Origin: the human T2T-CHM13v2.0 reference genome, Homo sapiens
Length of the DNA stretch: 64,000 bases
Direction: 5' to 3' (one strand)
Assembly: GCF_009914755.1 (NCBI RefSeq)
Contig: NC_060926.1
Shown here one piece after another: positions 40,312-52,969 of the stretch. The notes under the pieces were generated by a model. It was not told where the DNA came from. It saw only the letters and a program-made list of their open reading frames with translations, and searched no databases. The translations under genes and the position numbers were made by a program. Within the stretch, counting starts at the first letter, position 1, and each line of letters begins with the position of its first letter.

Positions 40312-40844
40312 CTAGGTCAGTGAGTCCTCAAAGGATTCTGATTTCTGGGTAGTTAATTTTGGTCTAGGTTTCCCAGAATATCTATAGCTCCAAGAGGACA
40401 AATTTAGAAAATAAAAGTAAAACTATTTTGCAAGATATGGGGACTGGCACGAAGGAGAACAATTTCAGATATTTGTTAATCAGATCTTGTCACAGTGAGG
40501 CAATAAAATAGGTCAAGCCAATCAATAGGGTTTAAAAGAAATTAAGCCCTATAAATAATTTAAAAAGGATTATCCTAAGTCCTTTCGTTACTAGGTTCAA
40601 TTTGCTGTAAATTTTCAAAAATTCAACCCAACCAAGTGGACCTTTCTCTCTTCAGCACAGAGAATCAGAGGGCCTGCAAACCTGAAGCTGTTCTGCCAAC
40701 CCCATTAGCCCTAGCATTGAAAATCAAAACTACTTCCCCTGGATTACAAATCAAACTTGGGAAGAAATCAAGATTATTTTCAGAAATATTTAGAGGAAAA
40801 TCCCAAAGAAAGACAAAAATTGAATAGAGAAAAACTATGGTGCT

Positions 40845-42578
40845 CCTCTTCCACCTGGGCTGCAGAAAGCTAGAAAAAAACCACCACCCCTGCCCTAATG
40901 ATGAAAGGTAGACAAATTACAAAATCATCACTTTGCTGGACCTATCAGAGATCTGAGGGTATGGGCAACCAAGTATCCTGAAACCCGAAGAAATGAGGGT
41001 AGCTCCAATGCAGGACATAAACACCTGCCCGCCTGTGGCGCACAAGAGGAGGAGGTGCTGAGCATCACAGAGGCAGGTAAGAAGAACTCAGCTGCAATTC
41101 TAAAAAGTTGCAAATGTTTGAGTGTGGGCTTGCATGAGAATATAGAACCTTAGCAGACACAAGGAGGTCTGCACCCAGTTAAAGGCTCTTTTCCACAGAG
41201 TTCCAGCAAATATTTACAAGAAAGGTCAGGGGTTGGGGAGGAAATGAAAACGATGGCACAGACCTTGAGAAAGGGAGCAGATGCAGGAAAGACATAAGTC
41301 CCACCTGGACCCTACTCCATTAGGAAAAAACCGTCTTAAGCCTCTGGAGGAGGCACAGCAAGGACTATCTTCCATAGAGCACAAGAGAGGACCCACTGGG
41401 GCTAGGAGAAGAGTAAAAATAAAAAGCCTCAGTCCCAGGGGTAGGGAATGGGCCCAGGATCCTATACCAATACTATTGAAGACCTCTCCCACAAGAGTCC
41501 AGCCAAAGACACAAAGTGTTTGGCCACCATGGGCAGGAGGGACACCATCACTTTGAAAGTTGCAGATTAATGACACTGGCACACAGACCCACCCAAAGCT
41601 GAGGCTTGGCCAGGACAACAGAGAACCCAATAACTCCAATCACCAGGCTACCACGTACCAAGTAACAAGAAACAAGAGTCTACTCCTGCAAGAGGGCCAT
41701 GAGCATAGAGAAAGACCCTTGTCTGTAACAGAGGCACACAGAGAAGGTCTATAGCTGAATATGGAGCAGGAACATTGAGAAAAACCCTTCAGCACCCCAG
41801 ACTCCTCCATAAGTAGAAGGTAGGACTAGAAGAATTCAGTGAGGATGGGGGTGCACTGAACATAACCAGACCAACAAGAAAACCCAAACCCAGCTGAACT
41901 TCTGACCAGAGTGACTCAACCCCACACTAACAGTATAGGAGAAAAGGTTTGCCCACTCCGGGCATAATACTTTTGCCTCAGTCTCTACTGTTCTATACAT
42001 GATGTCCAGCAATAACACAAAAATTCTGAGACAGAAAAAAGGAAAAAGAAGCAATCATCTTCTAAGAGACAAGGAAATCAACAAAAGCAGATGCAGAGAT
42101 GACCCAGATATTGTTATTGTCAGGTGGGAAATGTAAAATGCATATGATTAATAAGTCAAAACTTTCATGTATGAACAGATGGAGACTTTCAATGGAAAAA
42201 AAGAAAACTGTAAGAGCCCAAAGAAAATGCAACATTTTTTTTTTAAACCCATGGTGACATAAATGAAGAGTGCCTTTGCCAGACCTATCAGTAGACCTGA
42301 CATGGCTAAGGAAAGAATCATTGAATTTGAAAACAGATCAAAAGAAGCTACCCAACTGTCACACAAGGAGAAAAAAAAAGTGAGAAAATAAAAAGAGCAG
42401 GACACCAAAGAACTGTGGGACAATACCAAGTAGACTTACACACAGATAACTACAATACTAGAAGAAGAAAAGAGAGAAAAGTGGGCAAAAGAGATATTTG
42501 AAATGAAAATAGCTGAGAATTTTCCACAAATCATGAAAGACTTTAAACCACAGATCCAGGAATATTAGAGAACTCCAA
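40845..42578 (+). mobile_element. Ancient L1M 5'UTR/ORF1 region
   Basis: A-rich degenerate ORF1 motifs (GAACTGTGGGACAATACCAAG, AAATAGCTGAGAATTTTCCA, CCACAGATCCAGGAA). Confidence 0.7.
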
Positions 42579-42884
42579 GAAATTTCACTTCCCTCTCTCA
42601 TTAATGGAGAGACACACCTAGTCACATCAATGGAGTAATATGGAAAGGTTATGTTGATGCTCAAACTGCTCAATGTATTGACAGAAAATAAGGCTACAAA
42701 ACATGTATTCCAAAGGTCCACAACCACGCCAGAAATGCCTGAATGGTAAAAAGCCTTTTGATGAGACGTGTGGAAACAACATAAGGGAAAATTCAAGTGT
42801 AAAAGACATTATGTGTCAAACCAGTAAGAGCTGGGTCAAAACTCTAGAAAAAGTTCACAACTGTATAAAATGAAATGTTCTTTC

Positions 42885-43435
42885 ATTCAGCAAGTGTATT
42901 ATATCTTTTCTGTTTCAAAGTTGATAAGCTGTCTTTCTCAATGATTTGTCCATTTTATCTATTCTGTCAAATTCATTATAAAAATCTATACATAGTATCA
43001 TAATAGTTTATTATCCATTAAATGTAAGAATCTGTAGTGTTTTTCTCCTTTTTCATTCCTAATCTTGATGATTGTGCTTCCTCTCTTTCTTTTCATGCTC
43101 AATCTTGCTAGAAGTATATCGATTTATGAATATTGCCAAAAAGTCCAGCATTGGACTTCATCATTTTCTCAACTATACTTCCATCTTCTATTTCATCGAC
43201 TTCTGACTTTACCTTCATTATTTCCTTCCTTCTTTTCTTTCTTTTGTTTCACGTTCTCTTACTTTTATGTTTTTTGAGATGAAAGCTTAAAATTGATTTT
43301 TAAACTCTCTTATTTACTTCTATTTAAAGCTAGAAATATAAAGTCGAAATTTTTGAGATGAAAGCTTAAAAATTTGATTTTTAAACTTTCTTATTTACTT
43401 ATATTTAAGGCTATAAATTTCTCTAAACCCTTCTT
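42885..43435 (-). mobile_element. Ancient L1M ORF2 fragment (antisense)
   Basis: T-rich TTTGTCCATTTTATCT...CCTTTTTCATTCCTAAT...CAATCTTGCTAGAAG. Confidence 0.6.
43271..43418. repeat. Diverged ~67-bp direct duplication (period 79)
   Basis: TTTTGAGATGAAAGCTTAAAA...TTGATTTTTAAACT..CTTATTTACTT.TATTTAA.GCTA.AAAT occurs twice (GAGATG at 43276 and 43355). Confidence 0.9.
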
Positions 43436-43442
43436 TAGTATT

Positions 43443-43475
<33 letters not shown>
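43443..43475. repeat. (CT)n microsatellite
   Basis: Direct read. Confidence 0.9.
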
Positions 43476-44024
43476 CCTACCCCCCACCTTCCCTCAGTTT
43501 TCCATACACCAGGCACTGAGCAATCCCAGGAGAATAAAGGAGTAGACAAGGAGCAGCCAGCTGCTTTTGAGTCTGCTCCTGACTCTGTCCATATGATCAG
43601 CACACATGGCCTATAAAGTGCCTCTGGTTCCTTCTTACTCTCAGAAATTGTCTCTCTCTGATGTCCTCAGACTTACCAATTGCCCTCAGAGAGGAAAAGG
43701 TTTGCTGATCTCAGTTCCTATAGGAATCATTTGTCTCTGAAAATTTATTCCTTTAGACTTCTTTGTAGTCTCTTGGATAGATTTTTTAAATACACTATTT
43801 TTTCACTTTTGTAAGTTTTTCTTTCTACTTTTTATGACAAGGTGATCTTCTGCATCCTAATCTTAGGAGGAAACTCTCATTCCACAAACATATGTTGATC
43901 GATTATTATGGAGCAGACCCTATTGCTTAGAATACAGTGGTGAATACAAGACATGATCAAAACTCTATACCAGAACCTCAAGATACCACAGCACTGCTTC
44001 CAGAAGAGTCAGAAACCATGATTA

Positions 44025-44200
<176 letters not shown>

Positions 44201-44329
44201 AAAACTGTGATTAAGACCTGCTACTTTCCAGAGCAAGTTTTGATGAATCTAATGAACCTGATTTGTGTTACAAGTGGGTGATTTTTTAACATACATTCAA
44301 TGCTGTTTTTACTGTTCCTTTCCTAATCC

Positions 44330-44759
44330 TTTTTTTTTTTTGAGACAGAGTCCACTCACTCTGTTGCCCAGGCTGGAGTGCAGTGGCGCGATCTTAGCTT
44401 ACCACAACCTCTGCCTCCCAGGTTCAAGTGATTCTCCTGCCTCAGCCTCCTGAGTAACTGGGATTACAGGTGTGCACCACCATGTCCGGCTAATTTTTGT
44501 ATTTTTAGTAGAGACGGGGTTTCACCATGTTGGCCAGGCTAGCCTCCAACTTCTGACCTCAAGTGATCTGCCTGCCTCAGCCTCTCAAAGTGCTGGAATT
44601 ACAGGCGTGTGCCACCTACCTAGGTAATTTGTATATTTTTAGTAGAGATCAGTTTCACTATGTTGGCCAGGCTGGTCTCAAACTCCTGACCTCAAGTGAT
44701 CTGTCTGCCTCAGCCTCCCAAAGTGCTGGGATTAGAGGTGTGAGCCACCACACCCAGCC
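44330..44759 (-). mobile_element. Trimeric AluS (left-left-right)
   Basis: Two left arms and two mid-A linkers; TSD CTTTCCTAATCC at 44318-44329 and 44761-44772. Confidence 0.93.
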
Positions 44760-45369
44760 TCTTTCCTAATCCCCTATTTTTATGTAACCTTAACTTTGCC
44801 ACCTATTCGAGTTTGCAAAGCTTTCCACACTTGTTCCTTTTATTTTCCCCTATATCCTCTTTGCCCTTAAAAACCACAATTAAAACCCACCAACTATCTC
44901 ACTCTTCATAAAATACAGATATCTGTTGAAAATAACAAATATTAAATATGTTAAAATATTAACAATAAACCATATTTCTAGATAGTTTTGCCTGTCTAAA
45001 CCTATTATTCATTTGGATTTGCATTTTTTTCACTCTCAAATAAAATAGAACAGATCAGCCAACAGTTAATATTTACATCACCGCCACTAAGTAATTGGTA
45101 GGACTGCACAAATGCCAGGTGGCAGCATGTTAAATAAAAATCATCAAAGCGGTGCCTACCAGATGCCAAGTGGCCATGTTGGACATACCGACGCAAATGC
45201 TTCAACTGCTTCTGTAGAATCAGTTGCATGTTCTGTCATGATCAATTATCCAGGAAAACCTCCCAGGGTAGTGTGACCCAACACCACCTTCATGGCTCCC
45301 ACTGAGCAGGCAGGAACAGAGTGCTGGATTTGGAATGGCAAATCTAGTTTTCATCGAGGTCTGCCGTGA

Positions 45370-45455
45370 ATGAGCCATATGTCCTGGGCAAGTTACTTCC
45401 CCCATTCAGACTCTAATTCCTCATCTGTAAAATGAGGAGGTGGGACTAGTTAAAC
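45370..45455 (+). mobile_element. MIR core
   Basis: TGGGCAAGTTACTT...TTCCTCATCTGTAAAATGAGG. Confidence 0.75.
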
Positions 45456-45974
45456 ACTCAGCACCTGCCGTCTGCCACAGCGTACATTTTTGGTAATTGC
45501 CATTAGTTGTTTTGGAAAGGTACATGTTCATTCTGGGTTAGCTCAAAAGTGAAACAAGGAGAGCTTGCCTTTGGCTTCCCCAGCCTCCCAATCTGGGTTT
45601 CAGGAATGCCCCCAACCTCCAACTCAGAACCTGTTTTTTTGTTTTTTTCTTTTTTTCTTTTGTTTTGTTTTCACTCTTTCCCATCAGAACCACTCTTGAA
45701 GAAGAAAGAGAGGGAACCGCTGAGTAGTATTAGGACCCGGGCTTGGAAGTCAGAAGTGCTGGGCCTCATCTGTTTCTTCCAGCTTGTGACTCCGGCAAGT
45801 CCCATAAACGCTGCACCACTTCACAGGATTTTTAGGAGGATTAAATAAGAAAATGTATCTAGAGTCCACAGAACTTATGTTTGACACTAATAAGGACTCC
45901 GCAAACGTTAAATATTGTTATTGTGATTCTTCCTTAGCAAGGATTAATCAAAATGTTAAGATGATAGAATTAAG

Positions 45975-46401
45975 TTATTTGATAATTCAAATTATTGTTC
46001 AGAAAAGGCTCACTCTTCTCCCTTCAAGGGGTGGGTGAAGTGTGCTGTCCTGCCCCATTGAGACTGAGCTTAGCCGTGTGCCTTTGTTTGGTCAATGGGA
46101 TGTTTGTGGTCATGATGCATGCAGAGGCTTTCCACATGCCCTCATAGCGTGGCTGGTCCTGGAGGCCTCTGATCTCTGCCAGGAGAAGAACACACCCCAG
46201 GTAGCCACTACCCTTGCAGTCTGAGAGTCAGAATGCGGATGAACTTGAGCTCAGACTACAAACGGAAGGCAAAAGTCCAGGTTGGCCCAGACGAGTTGCA
46301 GTCAACCCATGAGTGTAAGGGTAAATGCTTGTTGCTCTGAGCTGTTGAGTTCTGGGGTAGCTTATTACACAGCATTACTGTGGCAATCACTGACTGATAC
46401 A
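45975..46401 (+). mobile_element. MLT1I/J-like LTR
   Basis: GCTTAGCCGTGTG...TTTGGTCAATGGGATG...AAATGCTTGTTG...ACAGCATTACTGTGGCAATCACTGACTGATACA. Confidence 0.75.
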
Positions 46402-46949
46402 TGTCACAATGATGATATTGTGAGTAAAAGACTGAAAATAAGGGAAGCCTTTCAGGTGTCAACCATTGGTCCTTGATTTATGTCCATACATCTACTTCCT
46501 TTCTGGTCCTCTGTGCTTAGGTTCTCCCCATCCCCCCACCACTTAATCTCTGGAAAAATCTTAATTGATACTCCTCTGCCAGGCCCTGGGAATATATAAA
46601 TTAAGAGTAAATAATTCAATAAGTTAGGGACTATTATAGAAAAATGCCAGAATGCTGTGACACCAAACAGAAGGGACAGCTGAGCTGGGATATGAGGTCA
46701 GCCAAGGCAGCGAAGTATAAACAGAAACTTAATGAGTGGGAGTAACAAAGTCTCACCCCAGAAGCCATGTAACAGGGCACAAGCCTAAAAAAGCACTTTT
46801 TAAAAGACGAGTTCCTGCCCCAAGTCCGTCCTTTCCTCCCCTGGTGAGCCAGGTTAAACCTCAGAAAAACCTCAAGATACATTCATGGTTGTCTCCCTCT
46901 CCCTGGGGGAGCTGCTTGGAAATACCCACACTGGGACCCACTTCTGGAA

Positions 46950-47600
46950 GTGATGTTTGCACATCCGGTCATCTGCTTCTGAAATCAGCTCATGCTCACC
47001 CAGTTTGGGAATCACTGAGGAGCTGCCCTCTGCATCCTTCCCGTCGCCTGAGTGCCACCCTCTCCTGGGAGCCTGGAGACTGAGGAAGGCTCCCCAAGAA
47101 CATCAATCACCCCAGGGAAGAGGCGGGGAGAGGTCAGGGACCCAGGGGCTCTCTCTGCCCTTTCACCCAGTACAAAGCCTTCCTCCCCTGCAAACCAGAG
47201 ATCCCCTGGGGACCTCAGGGGGCTGGGAGTGGCCCTCTGCTCTTTCCACTGAGAATCGCAGCAGGGGAGGCGGAAGTTTCAGCAGCTGCCCAGATGCCCA
47301 CATCCACAAGGAACACTTGTATCCAGTGCCCACGCGGAGAGCCTAAAAACAGAGTCCGGACAGAAAGACCGAATTGGGGTGAGGGCGTGGGAAGAGCCTA
47401 AACCCGGAAGTTTGATAGCGTGCTGCTTCTGGGCCTTTAAGCCCAGATTTTCAAGGAGAGCATGGATTGCAGCATTTACTCAAGACACATTCCTGGAAAC
47501 CGACAAGTTCCACTAAATCATTCATGAAGCTGACTGTCCTCGGCTCTGTTCCCACACACGGGGTTACCATCTCTCCCCGCCCCTTCACCCGCCCACACGC
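46950..47600. promoter_or_regulatory. Candidate promoter/enhancer: ETS and SP/KLF motif cluster
   Basis: ACATCCGGT 46961, GCGGAAGT 47270, CCGGAAGT 47404; GC boxes at 47121, 47383 and 47575; CpGs retained. Motif-based only. Confidence 0.4.
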
Positions 47601-48395
47601 TCACACACACACCTGCACGTTCTCGCACAGGCACACTCACACACATCCACACCCACAGGCAAGCTCACACACACACACATGCACACTCATACACAGGCAT
47701 TCACACACACCAGTGCACTCTCGCCCAGGCACACTCACACCCACACACAGGCACACACATACACACACATGCACACTCACACAGACACAGACACACACAC
47801 TCTTTTGCACAGGCACACACACACACCTGCACACTCACACAGGCACACGCACCTGCACACTCTCACACAGGTATTCTCACACCAGCATGCTCTTGCACAG
47901 GCATGCTCACAGGCACCCACACTCACAAAGGCACATTCACATGCACCTGCACGCTAGGACACAGGCATTCTCACACACCTGCACACTCTTGCACAGGCAC
48001 ATTCACACACACCAGCACGCTCTTGCACAGGCATGCTCAGACACACCCACACTCACACAGGCACACTCACACACACTTGCACACTCACACAGGCACACTC
48101 ACACACACACCAGCTCTTGCAAGGCACGCTCACACACTCCCTAATACATGCATTCAGTTGCATACACACACATTGCGTACACTCACACAGTCACACGCAT
48201 TCAGTTGTGTACAGACACACAGCCATGCTCACACGCTGTCATACAGTCACACACACACAGACACACTTACACACATATTCATACTCACATAATCACATGC
48301 GTTGACTAGCAGTCACACACACACACAAAGCACCATGCTCGCACACTGTCATACACAGTCACACACATTCACTCGCACGCACACACACACACACA
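47595..48395. repeat. CA-rich complex low-complexity tract (~800 bp)
   Basis: Recurrent CACACAGGCACAC(T/A)CAC and CTCTTGCACAGGCA subunits. Confidence 0.97.
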
Positions 48396-48676
48396 GAACT
48401 GCAGAATTCTGAAGAAGATGAAGGTCAAAGTTGCCCCTGAGCTTCAGTAAATAGAACGCCTACTCACACCTCTGTGCCATCAATGTGGATCCTCTGGTAA
48501 GGGCTGCCCAGGGCCAACTGTGAGTCCCCCACCCAGGGCAGGCACACAGCTTGTCTGCGGTCGCCTGTGCTCTAGTAGAGAAAGATGGCTCCACTCCACA
48601 CTGAAATCTAACTCCTGTCAAAGCAGCCTGACTTAAGGGAGAAGTGGAGATGGGGCTGGAAGTGGCTGCTGTGCTC

Positions 48677-49684
48677 ATGTGATGTGAGTATGAGTGTGTG
48701 TGTTTGATATATGTGTATGTGGCATGATATGGCATGATATGTGTGTGTGTGGTATGTTGTTTGTGTGCATGCATGTGGTTGTGTTGTGTGTTGTGTGTGA
48801 TTATGTATGGTGATAGGTGTGGTTATGTATGTGGTTGTGCGTATGTGTGTGGTTATATGTGACTGTGTATATGTGTGATTGTATGTGTAGATATAACATG
48901 TATGTGGCATGATGTGTGTGCATGCAGTATGGTGTGTGTGGTATGGTGTTGTGTGTGTGCATGTGATTGTGTATGCATGGCTGTGTTGTGTGTTGTAATG
49001 TGTGGTTGTGCATATTATGTGTGTGATGATTGTGTGATATTGTGTTTGGGGTTGTATGTATGTGTTTGTGTGTCTGGTTTTGTTTTATATATGTATGTGG
49101 CGTGATGTGTGCATGTGGCATGGTGTGTGCGTGCATATGGTTGTGTTGTCTGTTGTGTGTATATGTGTGATTGTGTGTGTTTAATAGATATGTATGCAGT
49201 ACGATGTGTATGCATGTGGTATGCTGTGTGTGGTGTGGTGTTGCGTGTGTGCGCATGTGATTGTGTATGCATGGTTATGTTGTGTGTTTTAATGTGTGGT
49301 TGTGCATTTTACGGTGTATGTGATTGTGTATGATTGTGTGGGGTTTGTATTTGTGTGTGTATGTGTATGATTATGTGTGTTTAATACATATGCATGTGGC
49401 ATGATCTGTGTGCATGTGCTATGGTGTATGTAGTATGGTGCTGTGTGTGTGCATGCATGTGGTTGTGTTGTCTGTTGTGGTGTGTGTGATTGTGTGTGTG
49501 TTGTGGTGTGTGTGGTTATGTGCATGGTTATGTATGTGGTTGTGCATATGTGTGATTGTGTGTGTTTGATATGTATGTATGTGGTATGATGTGTGTGCAT
49601 GGGGTATGGTGTATATGGTATGGTGTGGTACTGTGTGTGTGTGTGCATGCACATGATGGTGTGTGTCTGGTTGCACGTGTGTGT
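48677..49684. repeat. TG-rich complex low-complexity tract (~1 kb)
   Basis: (TG)/(TATG)/(TGG) mosaic; a ~55-bp block recurs at 48961 and 49255. Confidence 0.97.
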
Positions 49685-50176
49685 ACACAGGAAAACAACG
49701 ACATTCAGATCAACAGTGCCATGACTGAGAAGGAAATTTCTCTCTGAAGCCCCATTTTCAGGTTTTCCCATTTTTTCGAATTTTCTCTCTGACTGTCATT
49801 TTCCCAGCTTGGCCTTAACTCAAAGGTGAACTTTTCTCCTGGAAGTAGAAATGATCTAATCAATACACTTCTGAGCAACATCAGCAAATGAAATTTAAGG
49901 GCAGATTAAAGTTCAAAATTTCTCATCCATTTCTATGAACACATTAGATTTTGAAATGTCAGAAGAGCTCACTTCCCAACAAGAAGCTCCCTTCCTTTGC
50001 AGGAGAGAAACTTCATAGCTGGGCCACGTGAGGCATGCTATGAACATCAGACACTCTCCTCCTACGGAACTTCCTTCATGTCAAATAGCGCCAATCCAGC
50101 ATAGTGAAGTCACACCAGCTGGCTGCCTCCCTTTTCTGCTGACCAAAGATCTGAGCTTATTAAGCCTTACCTTAGC

Positions 50177-50525
50177 GTCTCAGTCTGTTCAGGCTGTGAT
50201 AACAAAATATCACAAACTGGATGGCTTATAAATAACAGAAATTTATTTCTCACAGTTCTGGAGGCTGGGAAGTCCAAGGTCGAGGCACTGGCAGATTTGG
50301 TGTCTGGTGAGGGCCAGTTCCTCACAGGCGGTGCCTTCTCGTTCTATCCTTGCTGTGTGCAAGGGACTAATTAGCCCTCATTGGTCTCTAATAATAAAAG
50401 CACTAATCCCAGTCATGAGGCTCCACCCTCAGGACCTACTCACTTCCCAAGGCTGCATCTTCTGATACCATCACCTTGGGGGCTAGAATTTCTACATGAG
50501 AATTTGGGAACACAAACGTTCAGCA
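50177..50525 (-). mobile_element. MLT1A/MLT1A0-like LTR
   Basis: GGCTTATAAATAACAGAAATTTATTTCTCACAGTTCTGGAGGCTGGGAAGTCCAAG...CACTAATCCCAGTCATGAGG. Confidence 0.85.
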
Positions 50526-52304
50526 GAGAGGTAACAGCACCAGACTAACACTAGCCCCAGGGGGTGCACCGACCCTGACCCCATCCCTGCATCCTTCTCT
50601 CACCTTTGTAAATCGCCCCTCATCAAACTCTCCTCCAATAACCCGACCTGAGTGTCCCATCTGTGTCTCGCCAGGCCCCCCGATGCATCAGGTTGTACAA
50701 ACACCTCCTCTCTCATTTTCTCCATCTTTAAATTTCCATTTCGTCCAAGCTTCAGGAAACACATGCTATCGAAGCAATTCCTAGGAGCACAGCCACACCT
50801 ATACCCACTCTGAATTTGCAAGGTGGCTGTCCCGCCACGGCTCTCATCCTTGCCACCCCCAGGCCAGCGTCTCTGGCCCACTCCTCCCTTTCTGCTCTGT
50901 CCCGGCTCTCCCAACATTCCTCTCTTTCGAGACCTTTTTGCTCTGCTTCTGGAACTTTGTTCCGTTGAAAACATGCAGCCCAGCCTCACCATACCCCACA
51001 GAATGCTCCTGGCTTTGGTGAAATCTGACTCCCCGTCAAGGACATCGTTGTACTTGGAACCCTCTCCAGGGCATGGCCTCAGCCCCCAGAGCCCACGGGC
51101 CGACTCCTGGGTCTCCACTGTAACTTCCCTTCTAATGAGTTTCCACCGCCATGCAGAGCTCTTCACAGGTGACTCCGGCCCCAAACCCACACACCCACAA
51201 CCAAAGCCTAGATGCCCTCACTCCTCAAGCCAATCCCCAATCTCCCAGAAGTCTCGCTAATCCTAGACTTTACTGCCAAGTTTTGTCTTTGACAAATTCT
51301 CATTTTTCTTTTTATTTTACAGAAAACCCAATCAAGTTGTGTTCTTGAGTGTGATGAGTCATCGCGACCTCAAACATTACCAGATTCTGTGACTCAGCAC
51401 AGCCAGGGAGCTCCAAGACAATCGTCATTAGGCATCAAAAGGACCAGCCAAGGCACCATTTAACCATAAAATCAAAAGAAGATACTTCATCAGCGAACTC
51501 CATACAATATCAAAGGCTTGCTTAATAACAGGAAATGAGACACACATGAGAGTTTGAGAAAGCGATTGACCGTTTCAGCTAAGAGCGTTTTACCAATTCT
51601 TGACAGTCATTATGAATTTGATGGGAAGTAACTGCCTTTCCTTCTATTAGAAATGGTGCTGCATGTAAGAACATCTAAAAATAAGATAAAAGAACAACGG
51701 CTTCTGGTTTCGTTACTGGGACTCAAGCCTGCTATGATTTATTGGAACATTATTGATAAAACAATGCTTTGCCTTCGGAAAGCAATTTTTCTCCTCTTGC
51801 ACAGAAGGCTGACACCTAGGAAGATAAGGTTGTACTGTAGACAAATAAAGAAGAGAAAGGAGTCTCCAGAGCTGGCCTTGGCTCCTGGCAATTTGGAGCA
51901 GGTCAGCACACACAAATCATGGTGGTCCTGGAGCTGTGGGTCACATTGGACGTGTTGGGCAGCTTCCACCTGGAGCGCTCTCGGAGAAATCAGAACGGGG
52001 AATTAGTTGGTCTCCCTGCTGCAACCCCAAGAGGCATCCTTGCCTGTGCCTAGCCTGACACTGATTTAAAGTACTCAATTTCAGATACTCCTGAGGGCCT
52101 CCAAATGTCAAAGACATGTGAATAATTGGTCATTCGGGGAAGGTCTGGGCGCCCTGAAAAGCATGTGCAGAGAGACCACTTGCTAATGAGAAAACCTGGA
52201 GCCTCTCAGCTCGCTTTACACTCTACTGTTACGGGGTTCAGGTCAGAAGGGTCCCTTGCCTTTTAAGGGTTTTGGTTTTGGATGGAGGTAAAAGACAGTA
52301 ATAT

Positions 52305-52505
52305 TAATAATTACCACATGCTGAGCACTTACTACATGCCAAATACTGTGTTGAGGGCCTTGCATGCCTCATCTCACAAAAGCTGTGTGAGAGAGCTATT
52401 ATCTTTAAGGATCTATGGCTCAGAGGGGTTAAGTAACTCTTGCAAGAGCACACAGCTAGTACCTAAGCCCAAGTCTGTCTAACTGGAAAACTCATATTCA
52501 TAACG
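52305..52505 (-). mobile_element. MIR
   Basis: TGAGCACTTACTACATGCCA...GGCTCAGAGGGGTTAAGTAACT...CACACAGCTAGT. Confidence 0.75.
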
Positions 52506-52530
52506 ACAGCCCATAAGCACTCAAAGGCCT

Positions 52531-52921
52531 TGATATGGTTTGGATTTGTGTTCCCACCCAAATCTCATGTCGAATTGTAATCCCCAGTGTTGGAGATGAG
52601 GCCTGCTAGGAGGTGATTGGATCATGGAGGCAGTTTTTCATGGTTTAACACCATCCCCCTTGGTGTTATTATGGCAAGAGTGAGTTATTGCAAGATCTGG
52701 TTTAAAAGTGTGTAGCAACTTCCCCCTCTCTTTCTTCCTCCCGCTACAGCCACGTAAGATGTGCTTGCTTTCCCTTTGCCTCCTGCCATTATTTTAAGTT
52801 TCCTCCCCAGCCATGCTTCCTGTACAGCCTGCAGAAGCATGAGCCAATTAAACCTCTTTTCTTTATAAAGTACCCAGTCTCACAGGTTGTGCTTGATAGC
52901 AATACGAGAATGGATAACACA
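52531..52921 (+). mobile_element. MSTA-like solo LTR
   Basis: TGATATGGTTTGGATTTGTG...GAGCCAATTAAACCTCTTTTCTTTATAAA...AACACA; TSD GGCCT/GGTCT. Confidence 0.92.
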
Positions 52922-52969
52922 GGTCTCCACACAATCACCACAATGTCAAGAGTGACCTAGAGCCATTAT

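Noticed and set aside
47467-49771. His/Thr-rich and Cys/Val-rich ORFs
   Set aside because: Translation artefacts of CA and TG repeats.
50600-51260. 196-aa and 145-aa overlapping ORFs
   Set aside because: No recognisable protein; the pyrimidine-rich region looks like degraded L2.
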